A stretch of DNA of 64,000 nt from a candidate division WOR-3 bacterium (GTDB taxonomy: Bacteria > Hydrothermota > Tepidihabitantia > Tepidihabitantales > JBDRVQ01): NCBI GenBank assembly GCA_039801905.1, contig JBDRVQ010000001.1, positions 29,635-93,634 of the forward strand, read 5' to 3'. The notes beneath the pieces were generated by a model, which ran no database searches, was not told the origin of the DNA, and worked only from the letters and a program-made list of their open reading frames with translations. Positions 16,749 through 25,236 of this stretch are shown one piece after another; the stretch's first letter is position 1, and each line of letters starts with the position of its first letter. The position numbers and the translations under genes are program-made.

Positions 16749-17740
16749 TCTGCCAAATTTTCTTTGGTATCTTCCTTTAAGGAAGTTCCCGTAATATAAA
16801 GGAAAACATCCTCTAAGGTTGGCTCCTGGTTATTGATTGACAATATCTTTCCTCCTTCCCCAATCGCCTTAATCGCCTCACTCAGAATCTCCTCCACCCG
16901 GGGGGCGATAATCTTCAAGGTTGTTATCCCATCCTTCGCAAAAGAAGAGATGCTCTCTACCATTGGTATCTTCTCAATCTTACTCTTATCCCAAGAGCCA
17001 AAAAATCTTATCTCTAAAATCTCTTTATGGGGCATCTCCTTTTTATACTCCGCCGGCGTCTTCACATCAACAATCTTACCCTTATTGATAAAGGCGATTC
17101 TGTCGCATAACTCATCCGCCTCTTCCATATAGTGAGTGGTTAAAAGTATCGTCTTTTTATGCCTCCCTTTCAATTCCTCCCGGATAAAATTCCGGATGAA
17201 ACGGGCAAAACCCGGATCCAAACCTAAGGTCGGCTCGTCTAAGAGTAAAACCTTTGGGTCGTGGAGTAAAGCCCGGGCCAAAGATAATTTCTGCTTCATC
17301 CCCGAAGAGTACCTCTCCACCCTTTCGTAAGCCACCTCCTTCAAACCTAAAAGTTCTAAAAGATAGTCAATCCTTTTATCCCGCTCCTTAGGTGAAAGTC
17401 CGTAAAGAGCCGCGAAGAATTTCAGGTTATCAACCGCGGAAAGTTTCCAATAGAGTGTCCTCTCGCCAGAGGTTAAAAGTCCAATATTCCCCTTCGCCCA
17501 AAGGGAATTGGCAAAGACATCCCGACCGAAAAGCAATATCTTCCCACTCTCTGGAATCAATAGAGTAGCGATACACCGAACCAAGGTTGTCTTCCCGGCT
17601 CCGTTCGGACCCAAAAGGCCAAAGATTTCCCCTTCGGCAATGGAGAAACTGGCATTAGCCACCGCCAGGATTTCCCTTTTTTTCAAACCCTTCCCCCGGC
17701 GGAACTTCTTCGTTAAATCCCTAACCTCTAAGGCATTCAT
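16745..17740 (-). CDS. ABC transporter ATP-binding protein
   Basis: Walker A GPNGAGKTT, signature SSGMKQKLSLA, Walker B LLLDEPT. The start MNALEVRDL at 17740 forms an ATGA overlap with the GT4 stop. Confidence 0.85.
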   Translation of the reverse strand: MNALEVRDLTKKFRRGKGLKKREILAVANASFSIAEGEIFGLLGPNGAGKTTLVRCIATLLIPESGKILLFGRDVFANSLWAKGNIGLLTSGERTLYWKLSAVDNLKFFAALYGLSPKERDKRIDYLLELLGLKEVAYERVERYSSGMKQKLSLARALLHDPKVLLLDEPTLGLDPGFARFIRNFIREELKGRHKKTILLTTHYMEEADELCDRIAFINKGKIVDVKTPAEYKKEMPHKEILEIRFFGSWDKSKIEKIPMVESISSFAKDGITTLKIIAPRVEEILSEAIKAIGEGGKILSINNQEPTLEDVFLYITGTSLKEDTKENLAE

Positions 17741-18849
17741 CTCTTCGCCAAAACTAATCTTATCAAATCCTCCATCTTCTGTGCCGACTCCTCCCAGGAG
17801 AATTTTTCTGCCCACATTCTCCCTTCCTTTCCCATTCTATCAACCATCTCCTCATTGTCAAGAAGAAAAGCCATCTTTTCGCTCAACTCTTTAATATCAC
17901 CGTATTGATAAAAAAGTCCAGTCTTTCCTTCTCTTACCGCATCAACCAAACCAGGAGAGCGGGCAGCAATTACCGGTGTGCCGCAGGCATTTGCCTCAAC
18001 AATAATTAGACCCCAACCCTCCTTAATGGAATTCTCAACCAAAAAGTAGGCGGATTGATAAAGATTTAACTTCTCCTCCTCTTTTATATAACCAGTAAAC
18101 TCCACAACCGCCTCCATCCCTAACTCTTTGGTCATCTTTTTTAATCTCATTAAGTCATCCCCATCCCCAACAATCACCACCCGAAAATCCCTTCGCTTCT
18201 GAAATAGGAGATGAGTTGCCAATAATAGATGGTCGGTTGATTTATACCTCTTTAACCGGCCGCAATGCAAAATAATCTTCTCTTTCTTCTTATTAAAATC
18301 CGGTTGGTAAAACTGAGTATCAATTCCGGGTGGAATCACCCTTATCCTTTCGCTAATATCCTTCTTAAATAAGTTAAGCAAATCCCTTTTGGTGCTTTCC
18401 GAAAGAACCGCAAAGTAATTATCCTTATAAACCCAAGGGATGAGATTTTCCGCAAGGTAGACATAGGTGGCAAATAAAAAAGAGGTCTCTTTATAAACCG
18501 CCTTCCGGAAGAGGTGCATCAGGATGGCTAAGACTGGAATCTCTTTTATAAAATAAGGAGAATAAAAGGGTATTTTATTTAAGTCATCAATGATTAAGTC
18601 AAAGTTATTTTCTTTAACAATTCTGGGCAAGAAGCGATACACAGTAAAATTGAAGGTATTTTTTCCGCCCCTTCTTAAAAATCTTATCCCCCCTATTTCC
18701 TCCTCATCCGGCAGATTGGCTCTTTCCGAAAGGTAGGTTATCTTAAACCCTTTTTTTGCCAATCTCCGGAAGATCTCATAAGCATAGACCTCCGCCCCTC
18801 CGGCTAAGGGATTTTTTGGGCAGCGCCAATTGATTAAGAGAACATTCAT
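17737..18849 (-). CDS. glycosyltransferase family 4 (GT-B)
   Basis: C-terminal EGWGLIIVEANACGTPVIA motif typical of GT4/GT1 enzymes. Confidence 0.8.
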   Translation of the reverse strand: MNVLLINWRCPKNPLAGGAEVYAYEIFRRLAKKGFKITYLSERANLPDEEEIGGIRFLRRGGKNTFNFTVYRFLPRIVKENNFDLIIDDLNKIPFYSPYFIKEIPVLAILMHLFRKAVYKETSFLFATYVYLAENLIPWVYKDNYFAVLSESTKRDLLNLFKKDISERIRVIPPGIDTQFYQPDFNKKKEKIILHCGRLKRYKSTDHLLLATHLLFQKRRDFRVVIVGDGDDLMRLKKMTKELGMEAVVEFTGYIKEEEKLNLYQSAYFLVENSIKEGWGLIIVEANACGTPVIAARSPGLVDAVREGKTGLFYQYGDIKELSEKMAFLLDNEEMVDRMGKEGRMWAEKFSWEESAQKMEDLIRLVLAKR

Positions 18850-18864
18850 TAAAAGAATAGAAAA

Positions 18865-18937
18865 TGGGTCGTGCAGGATTCGAACCTGCGGCCACCGGAT
18901 TAAAAATCCGGTGCTCTGCCACCTGAGCTAACGACCC
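18865..18937 (-). tRNA. tRNA-Lys (anticodon UUU)
   Basis: The reverse complement GGGTCGTTAGCTCAGGTGGCAGAGCACCGGATTTTTAATCCGGTGGCCGCAGGTTCGAATCCTGCACGACCCA folds as a 73-nt cloverleaf. Acceptor stem 7 bp, anticodon loop TTTTTAA, T-loop TTCGAAT. No CCA is encoded. Confidence 0.93.
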
Positions 18938-18945
18938 GATAGCTA

Positions 18946-18973
18946 ATCTTAATTAGAAATGGCAAAAAGTCAA
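18946..18973 (-). promoter_or_regulatory. sigma70-type promoter for tRNA-Lys (TTGACT-16-TAAGAT)
   Basis: Minus strand: ttgact ttttgccatttctaat taagat tagctatc GGGTCG. The -10 ends about 8 nt before the mature tRNA 5' end. Confidence 0.5.
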
Positions 18974-19104
18974 CTTTCCATATTCCCACCACTATCTTTA
19001 AAAGTACCTAAAGCCGATAGAAAACTTGACAATTGCCAACCCATTTATTGGGAGCGGATGGAAAGCGAAGGCTCTACTCAAAAAGAAAAGATTATCCATC
19101 TCCA

Positions 19105-19311
19105 CTAATCATTCTCAATTAGGCTTCCATTTTCCCTTCGGATTAAACCCATAGTTAGACATAGGATTAAACTCTTTATTATCCCTTCTATTAAACTCTG
19201 AATTAAAGTTCCAATTATACCCTCTTTTAGAGTATTTATTAAATCCTCAATTAGATCTCCAATTACGTGTAAAATTATCCCTTATTTTAGACCCTATATT
19301 ATGCCTTCCAT
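19105..19311 (-). repeat. 12-nt phased degenerate tandem array, 17 units
   Basis: Minus strand: atggaaggcata|atatagggtcta|aaataagggata|attttacacgta|attggagatcta|... |attgagaatgat|tag. Confidence 0.9.
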
Positions 19312-19411
19312 TAAATCCCCGATACCATCCCCTGTATGCTACACCCTTTTTACAAAAATAAATCCCTCCTTTCTAAGGATAGTTTTTCTTATCAGTTAGT
19401 TAATTTATTAT

Positions 19412-19439
19412 ATTATAAAGCAATTTTGGAAGATGTCAA
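19412..19439 (-). promoter_or_regulatory. near-consensus sigma70 promoter (TTGACA-16-TATAAT) reading into box + array C
   Basis: Minus strand: attgaca tcttccaaaattgctt tataat ataataaatt. Confidence 0.6.
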
Positions 19440-19471
19440 TCTCTGGGAAAAGCAAGCCGGGATTTCTTACC

Positions 19472-20356
19472 TTAATTGATAATGATTTCTATTTTAGAAT
19501 ATTTAGGGGAAAGACCGGGCAGAAAACGGGGAGCAATGGCTATCGTCCCCTTAGGAAGGAGAATCCTCTTCTTCAATTCCCTTTCCACCACCTCCACCCA
19601 ACCCGGTAGGAGCTCTTCCTTCTCGGAATAAACAAAGCAAGTGATCTCCCTCTTAAAATTCTCCTTTACCAGATTTGCCGCCTCATCCCATATCTCCTTC
19701 GCCTGAGAAGTCAAATCTTCACCTCCTTCCCCAAATATCTCCCGGGCGGAGATGGCGATAATCTTCTGCCCTTTTTCTTCGTAGAAAATCCCAGGTATTT
19801 TCAAAGGCTCACCCAAAATTTTCGTCTCGTTGCCAATCGCATCATAAGCCGAGAAAGAGAAGGAATAAACCTCACCCGGGATTATCACCTCTCCGGTATT
19901 CTTCCTTCCGTTCCAAACGATGGTTGCCGGTGGCATCCCCTTCCCTTCCAACCTTCTCACCTCCTCTCCTTGGCTATCAAAAATTATCAGACGCCAGGAG
20001 GCAACCGTCTTCTCAAAATGGGGAAATAGGATTAAGACATCACCGTAGATAAATCTCTTTTTCACTGGCACCCGTAAATAGTTGGAGGTGATAAAAAGAG
20101 AGGGAATCGTTAGGGAGTCTACTGTGTAATATAACCGCTCATCGTAGATGTAACCCGAAGGTTTGAGCCTTTCTTCAATTAAAAGGAAAGGGTTGATGGG
20201 AGGCGGGGTGAAGAGTTTCCTTTCGGTGATTAGGTAAGGCTTCTCCCCCTTTATCACCTCTTCCCCAATCTCATAAGGTCTCTTTACCTTACCCGTATCC
20301 GGCTTCAAGGTATCGGGAATTTGGGTGAAGAAAAGAAGAATGAAGAGGTAAATCAC
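19472..20356 (-). CDS. hypothetical exported protein with a FlgD-Ig-like segment; last gene of the exbBD-tonB operon
   Basis: N-terminal hydrophobic signal. Contains the segment TIVWNGRKNTGEVIIPGEVYSFSFSAYDAIGNE. Overlaps tonB by 4 nt. Confidence 0.5.
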   Translation of the reverse strand: MIYLFILLFFTQIPDTLKPDTGKVKRPYEIGEEVIKGEKPYLITERKLFTPPPINPFLLIEERLKPSGYIYDERLYYTVDSLTIPSLFITSNYLRVPVKKRFIYGDVLILFPHFEKTVASWRLIIFDSQGEEVRRLEGKGMPPATIVWNGRKNTGEVIIPGEVYSFSFSAYDAIGNETKILGEPLKIPGIFYEEKGQKIIAISAREIFGEGGEDLTSQAKEIWDEAANLVKENFKREITCFVYSEKEELLPGWVEVVERELKKRILLPKGTIAIAPRFLPGLSPKYSKIEIIIN

Positions 20357-21234
20357 ATTAACTCAAACCGAACCGTCACCAATCCCCACTGCGTTTCCTT
20401 CTTCACATTCTCCGGTAAAGGGGCAAACTTCCAACTGGCGAGCGCCATCAGAACCGCTCGGTCTAAATCCGGATAGCCAGAACTTTCCACTACTTCCATA
20501 TTCTCCCGCACATCACCTTCGGGTGTTACCCAAAGCCGGATGATGATTGTTCCGGAAACTCCCTTCTTTAACGCCCAGTCCGGATACCGGGGCAAAACCT
20601 TCCGAAGAATCTTCCTTTCGCTGATGGGACCCGAAACTACGATTGCCGACTGTTGGCAAACGGAAGGGAGAACCGAAGTCACCTCCTCTTTTCCCTTCCG
20701 CTCCAGTAATTTTTCCTTTGGCTTTTCTACCGGTTTTGTCTCAAGTTTGATGGCTGGCTCTTCCAAAACTCCCGGATAACCGGCGATCCCCAAACCACCC
20801 GTTCCCCTTCGGGCACCGTGGGTTAAGGGAACCGGCGCCTCCTTCAAAATCTCTTCGGTAGTCTTTGTCACCCCTTTAATCTTATCCGCAATCCTAATCG
20901 CCCCCATCTCCTCTCCGGTCTCAAAACGGGAAAGGTCAATCTTCGCCTGACTTCTTTCCAACTTCCGGTTCAAATCATAAGCCACCTCTTCTCCACCCCC
21001 ACCCGTACCTGTGACCGAAGCCGGGACCTCCGCCTCTATTGGTCCAAAACCTTCCTTTGGTGGGGGAAGGATCTTCGCCACCTCCGGTCGGTAGGTCTGG
21101 TCAATCAGAGAAACCTCTTTTATCTCCTCATAAGAGAAGACCCTTTCCCGGCGGGAGTTGAAAAATAAAAATAGTAAAAGATGAAAGAGGATTGAGAGGG
21201 CTAAAGAAATCTCTGTTGGTTTTAACCTTCTCAT
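20353..21234 (-). CDS. tonB: energy transducer TonB
   Basis: N-terminal TM, a Pro/Glu/Lys-rich spacer, and a C-terminal TonB domain (PRYPDWALKKGVSGTIIIRLWVTPEGDV...). Confidence 0.8.
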   Translation of the reverse strand: MRRLKPTEISLALSILFHLLLFLFFNSRRERVFSYEEIKEVSLIDQTYRPEVAKILPPPKEGFGPIEAEVPASVTGTGGGGEEVAYDLNRKLERSQAKIDLSRFETGEEMGAIRIADKIKGVTKTTEEILKEAPVPLTHGARRGTGGLGIAGYPGVLEEPAIKLETKPVEKPKEKLLERKGKEEVTSVLPSVCQQSAIVVSGPISERKILRKVLPRYPDWALKKGVSGTIIIRLWVTPEGDVRENMEVVESSGYPDLDRAVLMALASWKFAPLPENVKKETQWGLVTVRFELM

Positions 21235-21668
21235 TTCTTTTTGGTCGCGCAGGCAATTCTCTTCGCCCCTGCCCCTTTCGCCAGGGAAAGGAGTTCTAAG
21301 ACATCCTCATAAAGAACCTCCTTATCCGCCCGGACGACAACCAACCGATAAGGGTCACGCTCAATTATCTTTCGGATCTCCTCCTTCATCGCTTCCTTAG
21401 TGATTGGCACATCTTGAAAGAATAACTTACCATCCTGGGTTAAGGCAATCGCGATATCATCCTCCACCTTTCTCTCGGCGGTATGAGCGGAAGGGACATT
21501 CACCGGTATTCGGGTATGACTCATCACCATCGGCGCCACCATTATCATCATCACCACCAAAAGGAGACCGATACAAGCCATCGGCAGGATATCAATATTT
21601 GCCACTCCCTTTCTCTTCATCTTTCCCTTAAAAATTTTAGCCAAAGATGAGAAAATGTCAATTTTCAT
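21231..21668 (-). CDS. exbD: biopolymer transport protein ExbD/TolR
   Basis: Single TM followed by an ExbD-like periplasmic domain (VVVRADKEVLYEDVLELLSLAKGAGA). I chose the start at 21668 because it forms an ATGA overlap with the upstream stop. Confidence 0.75.
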   Translation of the reverse strand: MKIDIFSSLAKIFKGKMKRKGVANIDILPMACIGLLLVVMMIMVAPMVMSHTRIPVNVPSAHTAERKVEDDIAIALTQDGKLFFQDVPITKEAMKEEIRKIIERDPYRLVVVRADKEVLYEDVLELLSLAKGAGAKRIACATKKK

Positions 21669-22072
21669 TTTAGCCGCAAAAGACACAATTGCCCCGCCCC
21701 CAACCTCTTCGCCATATCCAAAATTGTCACTACCCGCTCGTAGCGAATCCCCTTCTCCGCGCTGACGATTACCCTCTTCTCTAAACTCCGCGCCAAAAGT
21801 TGCGGTAAAAGTTCTTCCAATTTCTCATAGGTGACAACCTCTTCATTGAGGAGGATACCCCCATCACTTTTTAAGTGAATATTCACCTTAATATCACTCG
21901 CCTCTGCCCCCACCGCTTTGCTCACACTCGGGGTGGAAACGAAGATCCCGGTTTCAAAAAAGAAGGGTAGGGCAACAATGAAACCGATTACCAAAGAGAG
22001 GGCAATATCCACTAAGGAGGTAAGGATTAAACCCTCCCTTTTCGGTCCTGGTCTTATCCTTTTCCGACGCAT
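21665..22072 (-). CDS. exbD: biopolymer transport protein ExbD/TolR
   Basis: LTSLVDIALSLVIGFIV TM segment and a C-terminal VIVSAEKGIRYERVVTILDMAKRLGA. Confidence 0.8.
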   Translation of the reverse strand: MRRKRIRPGPKREGLILTSLVDIALSLVIGFIVALPFFFETGIFVSTPSVSKAVGAEASDIKVNIHLKSDGGILLNEEVVTYEKLEELLPQLLARSLEKRVIVSAEKGIRYERVVTILDMAKRLGAGQLCLLRLK

Positions 22073-22752
22073 CAGAATTCCCAGTACTCCTTCCGCTCTT
22101 CTTCCCTCTTTATCTCATCTCTTCTGGTCATCTCCCCCCGATGGGCATAAAGGCTCACAATTAATCTTTCCCCAATCCCTTCCAATTCTAAGGAGATATC
22201 CGATGCCTTCTTCGTAAAGTAATTATAAAAGAAAAGGGTAGGGATACCGATAAAAAGACCAAAGGCGGTAGTTAAAAGCGCTTCGGCAATCCCTCGGGAA
22301 ACAACCGCTGGACCACCGGAACCGGTGACGGCGATATTGTGGAACGCCTTGATTAAACCGACCACGGTTCCCAAAAGTCCCAAAAGGGTTGCCCCATTCG
22401 CCAAGGTCCCCATACCCCCGAGATACCTCTCATAACGAACCCTCTCTTCTAAGATCTGACCGTAAAAGAGATTGGAAAGTTCATCCGGAGCAAGATTTCT
22501 ATTCTCTAAACCCAAAAGGAAAAGTCGCCCCAGGGGACTTTTCAGACCGGCGGCATAGCGTTTTGCCCCTTCCCAATCGCCTTCTTTCAGATAGGAGAAG
22601 AACTCTTTCACCCATCGGCTATTTACCCGATTCTTGGCAAAATACCACCACCGCTCAATGATTAAGGTTAAGGCAGCAATGGAAGCGAAAAGCAAAAGGA
22701 CCATTATGAGACTATTCTTAAATATCTCGTATAAAGTCTGGCCTAAAATCAT
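22072..22752 (-). CDS. exbB: MotA/TolQ/ExbB proton channel protein
   Basis: Three TM helices and the conserved LGLLGTVVGLIKAF...GIAEALLTTAFGL block. Confidence 0.85.
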   Translation of the reverse strand: MILGQTLYEIFKNSLIMVLLLFASIAALTLIIERWWYFAKNRVNSRWVKEFFSYLKEGDWEGAKRYAAGLKSPLGRLFLLGLENRNLAPDELSNLFYGQILEERVRYERYLGGMGTLANGATLLGLLGTVVGLIKAFHNIAVTGSGGPAVVSRGIAEALLTTAFGLFIGIPTLFFYNYFTKKASDISLELEGIGERLIVSLYAHRGEMTRRDEIKREEERKEYWEF

Positions 22753-22764
22753 CTCCTCTCCTCC

Positions 22765-25236
22765 TCACTCCTTTCCTAACCTCTTCTTACAGAGGTCAAT
22801 ATTTTTTGTGGCACTCTCCCTCAACTCTCCGGCCGGAAAGGAGTCAATCACAACTTGAAAATTCTCCAATGCCTTTTCATAATCCCCAAGATTGAAAAGG
22901 GTGGTGGCGAGATTGAAGTAAGCCACCTCCCGGGCCGGATGGTTGGGGAAGTATCTTAAAAACTTCTCATAACTCCGCTTCGCCTCTTCCCAATTCTTCA
23001 TATTGGTGTAGGTCTCGGCGATTAAGAGTTGAGCATCACCCGCCAGTTCGCTTCCCGGCAAAGCGACCACCACTTTGGTCAATTCGCTAATTGCCCTTTC
23101 CGGTTCGTTGGCGGCGAGATATTCCTTTGCCCGAGTGAGTAACAATTCTCCGGCGTATTCCGATTCCGGAAACTTGTCTAAAAACTCCTTTAAGATTAGA
23201 GTATCCTCTTCACTCGCTTTATAATAAGAGAGTTCTAAGGATTTTTTCACCCCTCCCGCTTGCACATCTTCCGGGAAGAGGTCTAAAAACTTTAAGTATT
23301 CCCTCACCGCCTCTTTATAATTTTTCTCGTTATAATAACTCTGGGCGATCAATGCCTGGGAGGGAGGGGCGAATTCGCTTTTGGGAAAACGCTCCACGAC
23401 AAACCGGAAGATCCCTCGCGCCTGTTCGTATTCCCGCGCCTTAAAGTAGACATCCCCAGCCCGAAAACCCGCCTCGGCACTCCTTTCGGAAAAGGGAAAC
23501 TTATCCAAAACCTTCTGCCAGTGCTCCACCGCCTGGCCATAATATTTTAGAAAATAATAACAGAATCCAGCATAAAAGTGGGCAATCTCTAAGGAGATTT
23601 GATTCTCGGGGAATTCTTCAATTACCCCCTCAAAGATATCCAATGCCTTTTCGTATTCCCGACTGTTGAAATAAGAGTAAGCCAATCCCAAAAGGGCGGA
23701 GATGGTGAAAAGGGTATCGGTGGGAAGAGATTTGTAGAGGTTTTCAAAGATGGGGATCGCCTCCTTCAACCTGCCGCTGGCGTAAAGGCAATATGCCTTA
23801 CCCAAACGCCCATAAGGATTCCGAACCTGGTCGTAATAAAACTCTGCCTCAGAGTACCGATTCAAATAGTAGTAGGTCTCCCCCAAGAGATAATAAATCT
23901 CTCTCCCTAAGGCCTCATCCCTTAATGGGTTCTCTTTTAGATACCTCTGGACAATCGCCACTCCTTTTTCTAAATCAGCAAAACCACCCTTCTCCTTTAA
24001 AATTTTATTGAGGAGGGAAAGGAGGAATAAAGAGCCCGCCTTATCTTTAATCGGTGCCTCCGCCGCACTCGTAATCACCCTTTCAAAAGAATTTGCCGCC
24101 TCTCCGTAGTTACCCAGTTGGAAGGATAAAATCCCGACAAAATAATCGCCCAAACCCGCCAATTCCTTTTCCGAAAATATCTTCCTCAACTGGTTAGCCG
24201 TTAACACGGTCTCTAAGGTATCGCCCCGGAGCATAAGGGCATAAGGGATGAAGATGTTAGCAAAGAGCGCCACCTTCGTCTTGGGATAAGAACTTCTTGT
24301 CCGCTCAAAGGCGGCAATCGCTTCGGTGTATTTCCCCAAACCCATATAGGCGACACCGATGAAGTAGTTAGCCTGGGCGGCAAGGAGATTATTGGGATGA
24401 CGGGTAAGGGGACGGAGGAGAGAGATTGCCTTCTCGTATTTCCGGATCCCCAAAAGGGAAGTGGCGTAAAAATAGGAGGCGTAGTCAAAAAGGGAAGGTG
24501 GTGCTTCCTTTAAGAAGGATTCAAATTTCACCGCTGCCCCTTCATAGTCGCCATTGAGATAAAGGCTAAGCCCCTGGTGAAACTTAGCGTATAATGACAA
24601 TTGGGTATTCGGAGAAGAAGAAGCCACTTCCTTTAATACCGAAAGTGCCTCCAAGGGAGAACCTAATTTCGCTAAAGCCTTCCCGTAGAAATACCTCCCT
24701 TCCAAGATCTTCACATCCATTAAACGGGCGGCGGCTAACTTCTCCTCACCCTGGAAGTAATTGAGCACCCCATAAGCAAATTGCACCCGCTCGTCTTCCT
24801 TATAAATGGGATTGGCGGAAATCTTCTTTAAGGCATCCTCCGCTTTTCCGAATTCTCCCAGGACGACGCAGGAAAGGGCATAACCGTATAAGGCTTCGGC
24901 TAAAAGATAGGAGAAAGATTTCCCTTCAAAGGCGAGATACTCAAAAATCTTTTTCGCATTAGCAAAATCACCGGCATTGAAGTAGACTTCTGCTAAGGCA
25001 TAACGAATTTCCGACCCGTATTCTGAACCCCCATAGGTCGCAAGAAGGGATAAGAGTAATTTTTCTGCCTTTTTGTAATCACCCTTCTTTGCGAAAAGCA
25101 GCGCTTCGTTATACCGTTGCGCCAAATCTTCCAACTTCTTCGGCGGCAGGAAAGCGAAAGTTTCATTTAAGATGGAGAAGAGAAGGCAGAAGGTAAAAAA
25201 AATAAAGGGTTTTAAGGTTTCTCCCAATCTTCTCAT
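22765..25236 (-). CDS. tetratricopeptide (TPR) repeat protein, exported
   Basis: Signal peptide followed by more than 15 TPR-like 34-aa repeats (Y..A...Y..G.Y.EA...F). Confidence 0.8.
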   Translation of the reverse strand: MRRLGETLKPFIFFTFCLLFSILNETFAFLPPKKLEDLAQRYNEALLFAKKGDYKKAEKLLLSLLATYGGSEYGSEIRYALAEVYFNAGDFANAKKIFEYLAFEGKSFSYLLAEALYGYALSCVVLGEFGKAEDALKKISANPIYKEDERVQFAYGVLNYFQGEEKLAAARLMDVKILEGRYFYGKALAKLGSPLEALSVLKEVASSSPNTQLSLYAKFHQGLSLYLNGDYEGAAVKFESFLKEAPPSLFDYASYFYATSLLGIRKYEKAISLLRPLTRHPNNLLAAQANYFIGVAYMGLGKYTEAIAAFERTRSSYPKTKVALFANIFIPYALMLRGDTLETVLTANQLRKIFSEKELAGLGDYFVGILSFQLGNYGEAANSFERVITSAAEAPIKDKAGSLFLLSLLNKILKEKGGFADLEKGVAIVQRYLKENPLRDEALGREIYYLLGETYYYLNRYSEAEFYYDQVRNPYGRLGKAYCLYASGRLKEAIPIFENLYKSLPTDTLFTISALLGLAYSYFNSREYEKALDIFEGVIEEFPENQISLEIAHFYAGFCYYFLKYYGQAVEHWQKVLDKFPFSERSAEAGFRAGDVYFKAREYEQARGIFRFVVERFPKSEFAPPSQALIAQSYYNEKNYKEAVREYLKFLDLFPEDVQAGGVKKSLELSYYKASEEDTLILKEFLDKFPESEYAGELLLTRAKEYLAANEPERAISELTKVVVALPGSELAGDAQLLIAETYTNMKNWEEAKRSYEKFLRYFPNHPAREVAYFNLATTLFNLGDYEKALENFQVVIDSFPAGELRESATKNIDLCKKRLGKE

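Larger units (their letters stand above)
19040..19439 (-). repeat. Dispersed composite element, copy C (inverted): own consensus promoter + box + 12-nt array + tail shared with copy B
   Basis: The reverse complement contains AAAAAGGGTGTAGCATACAGGGGATGGTATCGGGGATTTAATGGAAGG. The array and tail are about 85-90% identical to copy B. Confidence 0.9.

Noticed and set aside
17741-17815. N-terminal extensions given by the ORF track for several genes: 16745-17815, 15077-15997, 48716-49585, 43861-45051, 52182-52910, 51439-52200, 50313-51404 and 14128-15150.
   Set aside because: The extensions overlap the upstream gene by 15-100 nt. Internal ATG or GTG codons give canonical N-termini and ATGA-type junctions, or sit directly behind a promoter. 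I therefore used the shorter coordinates.
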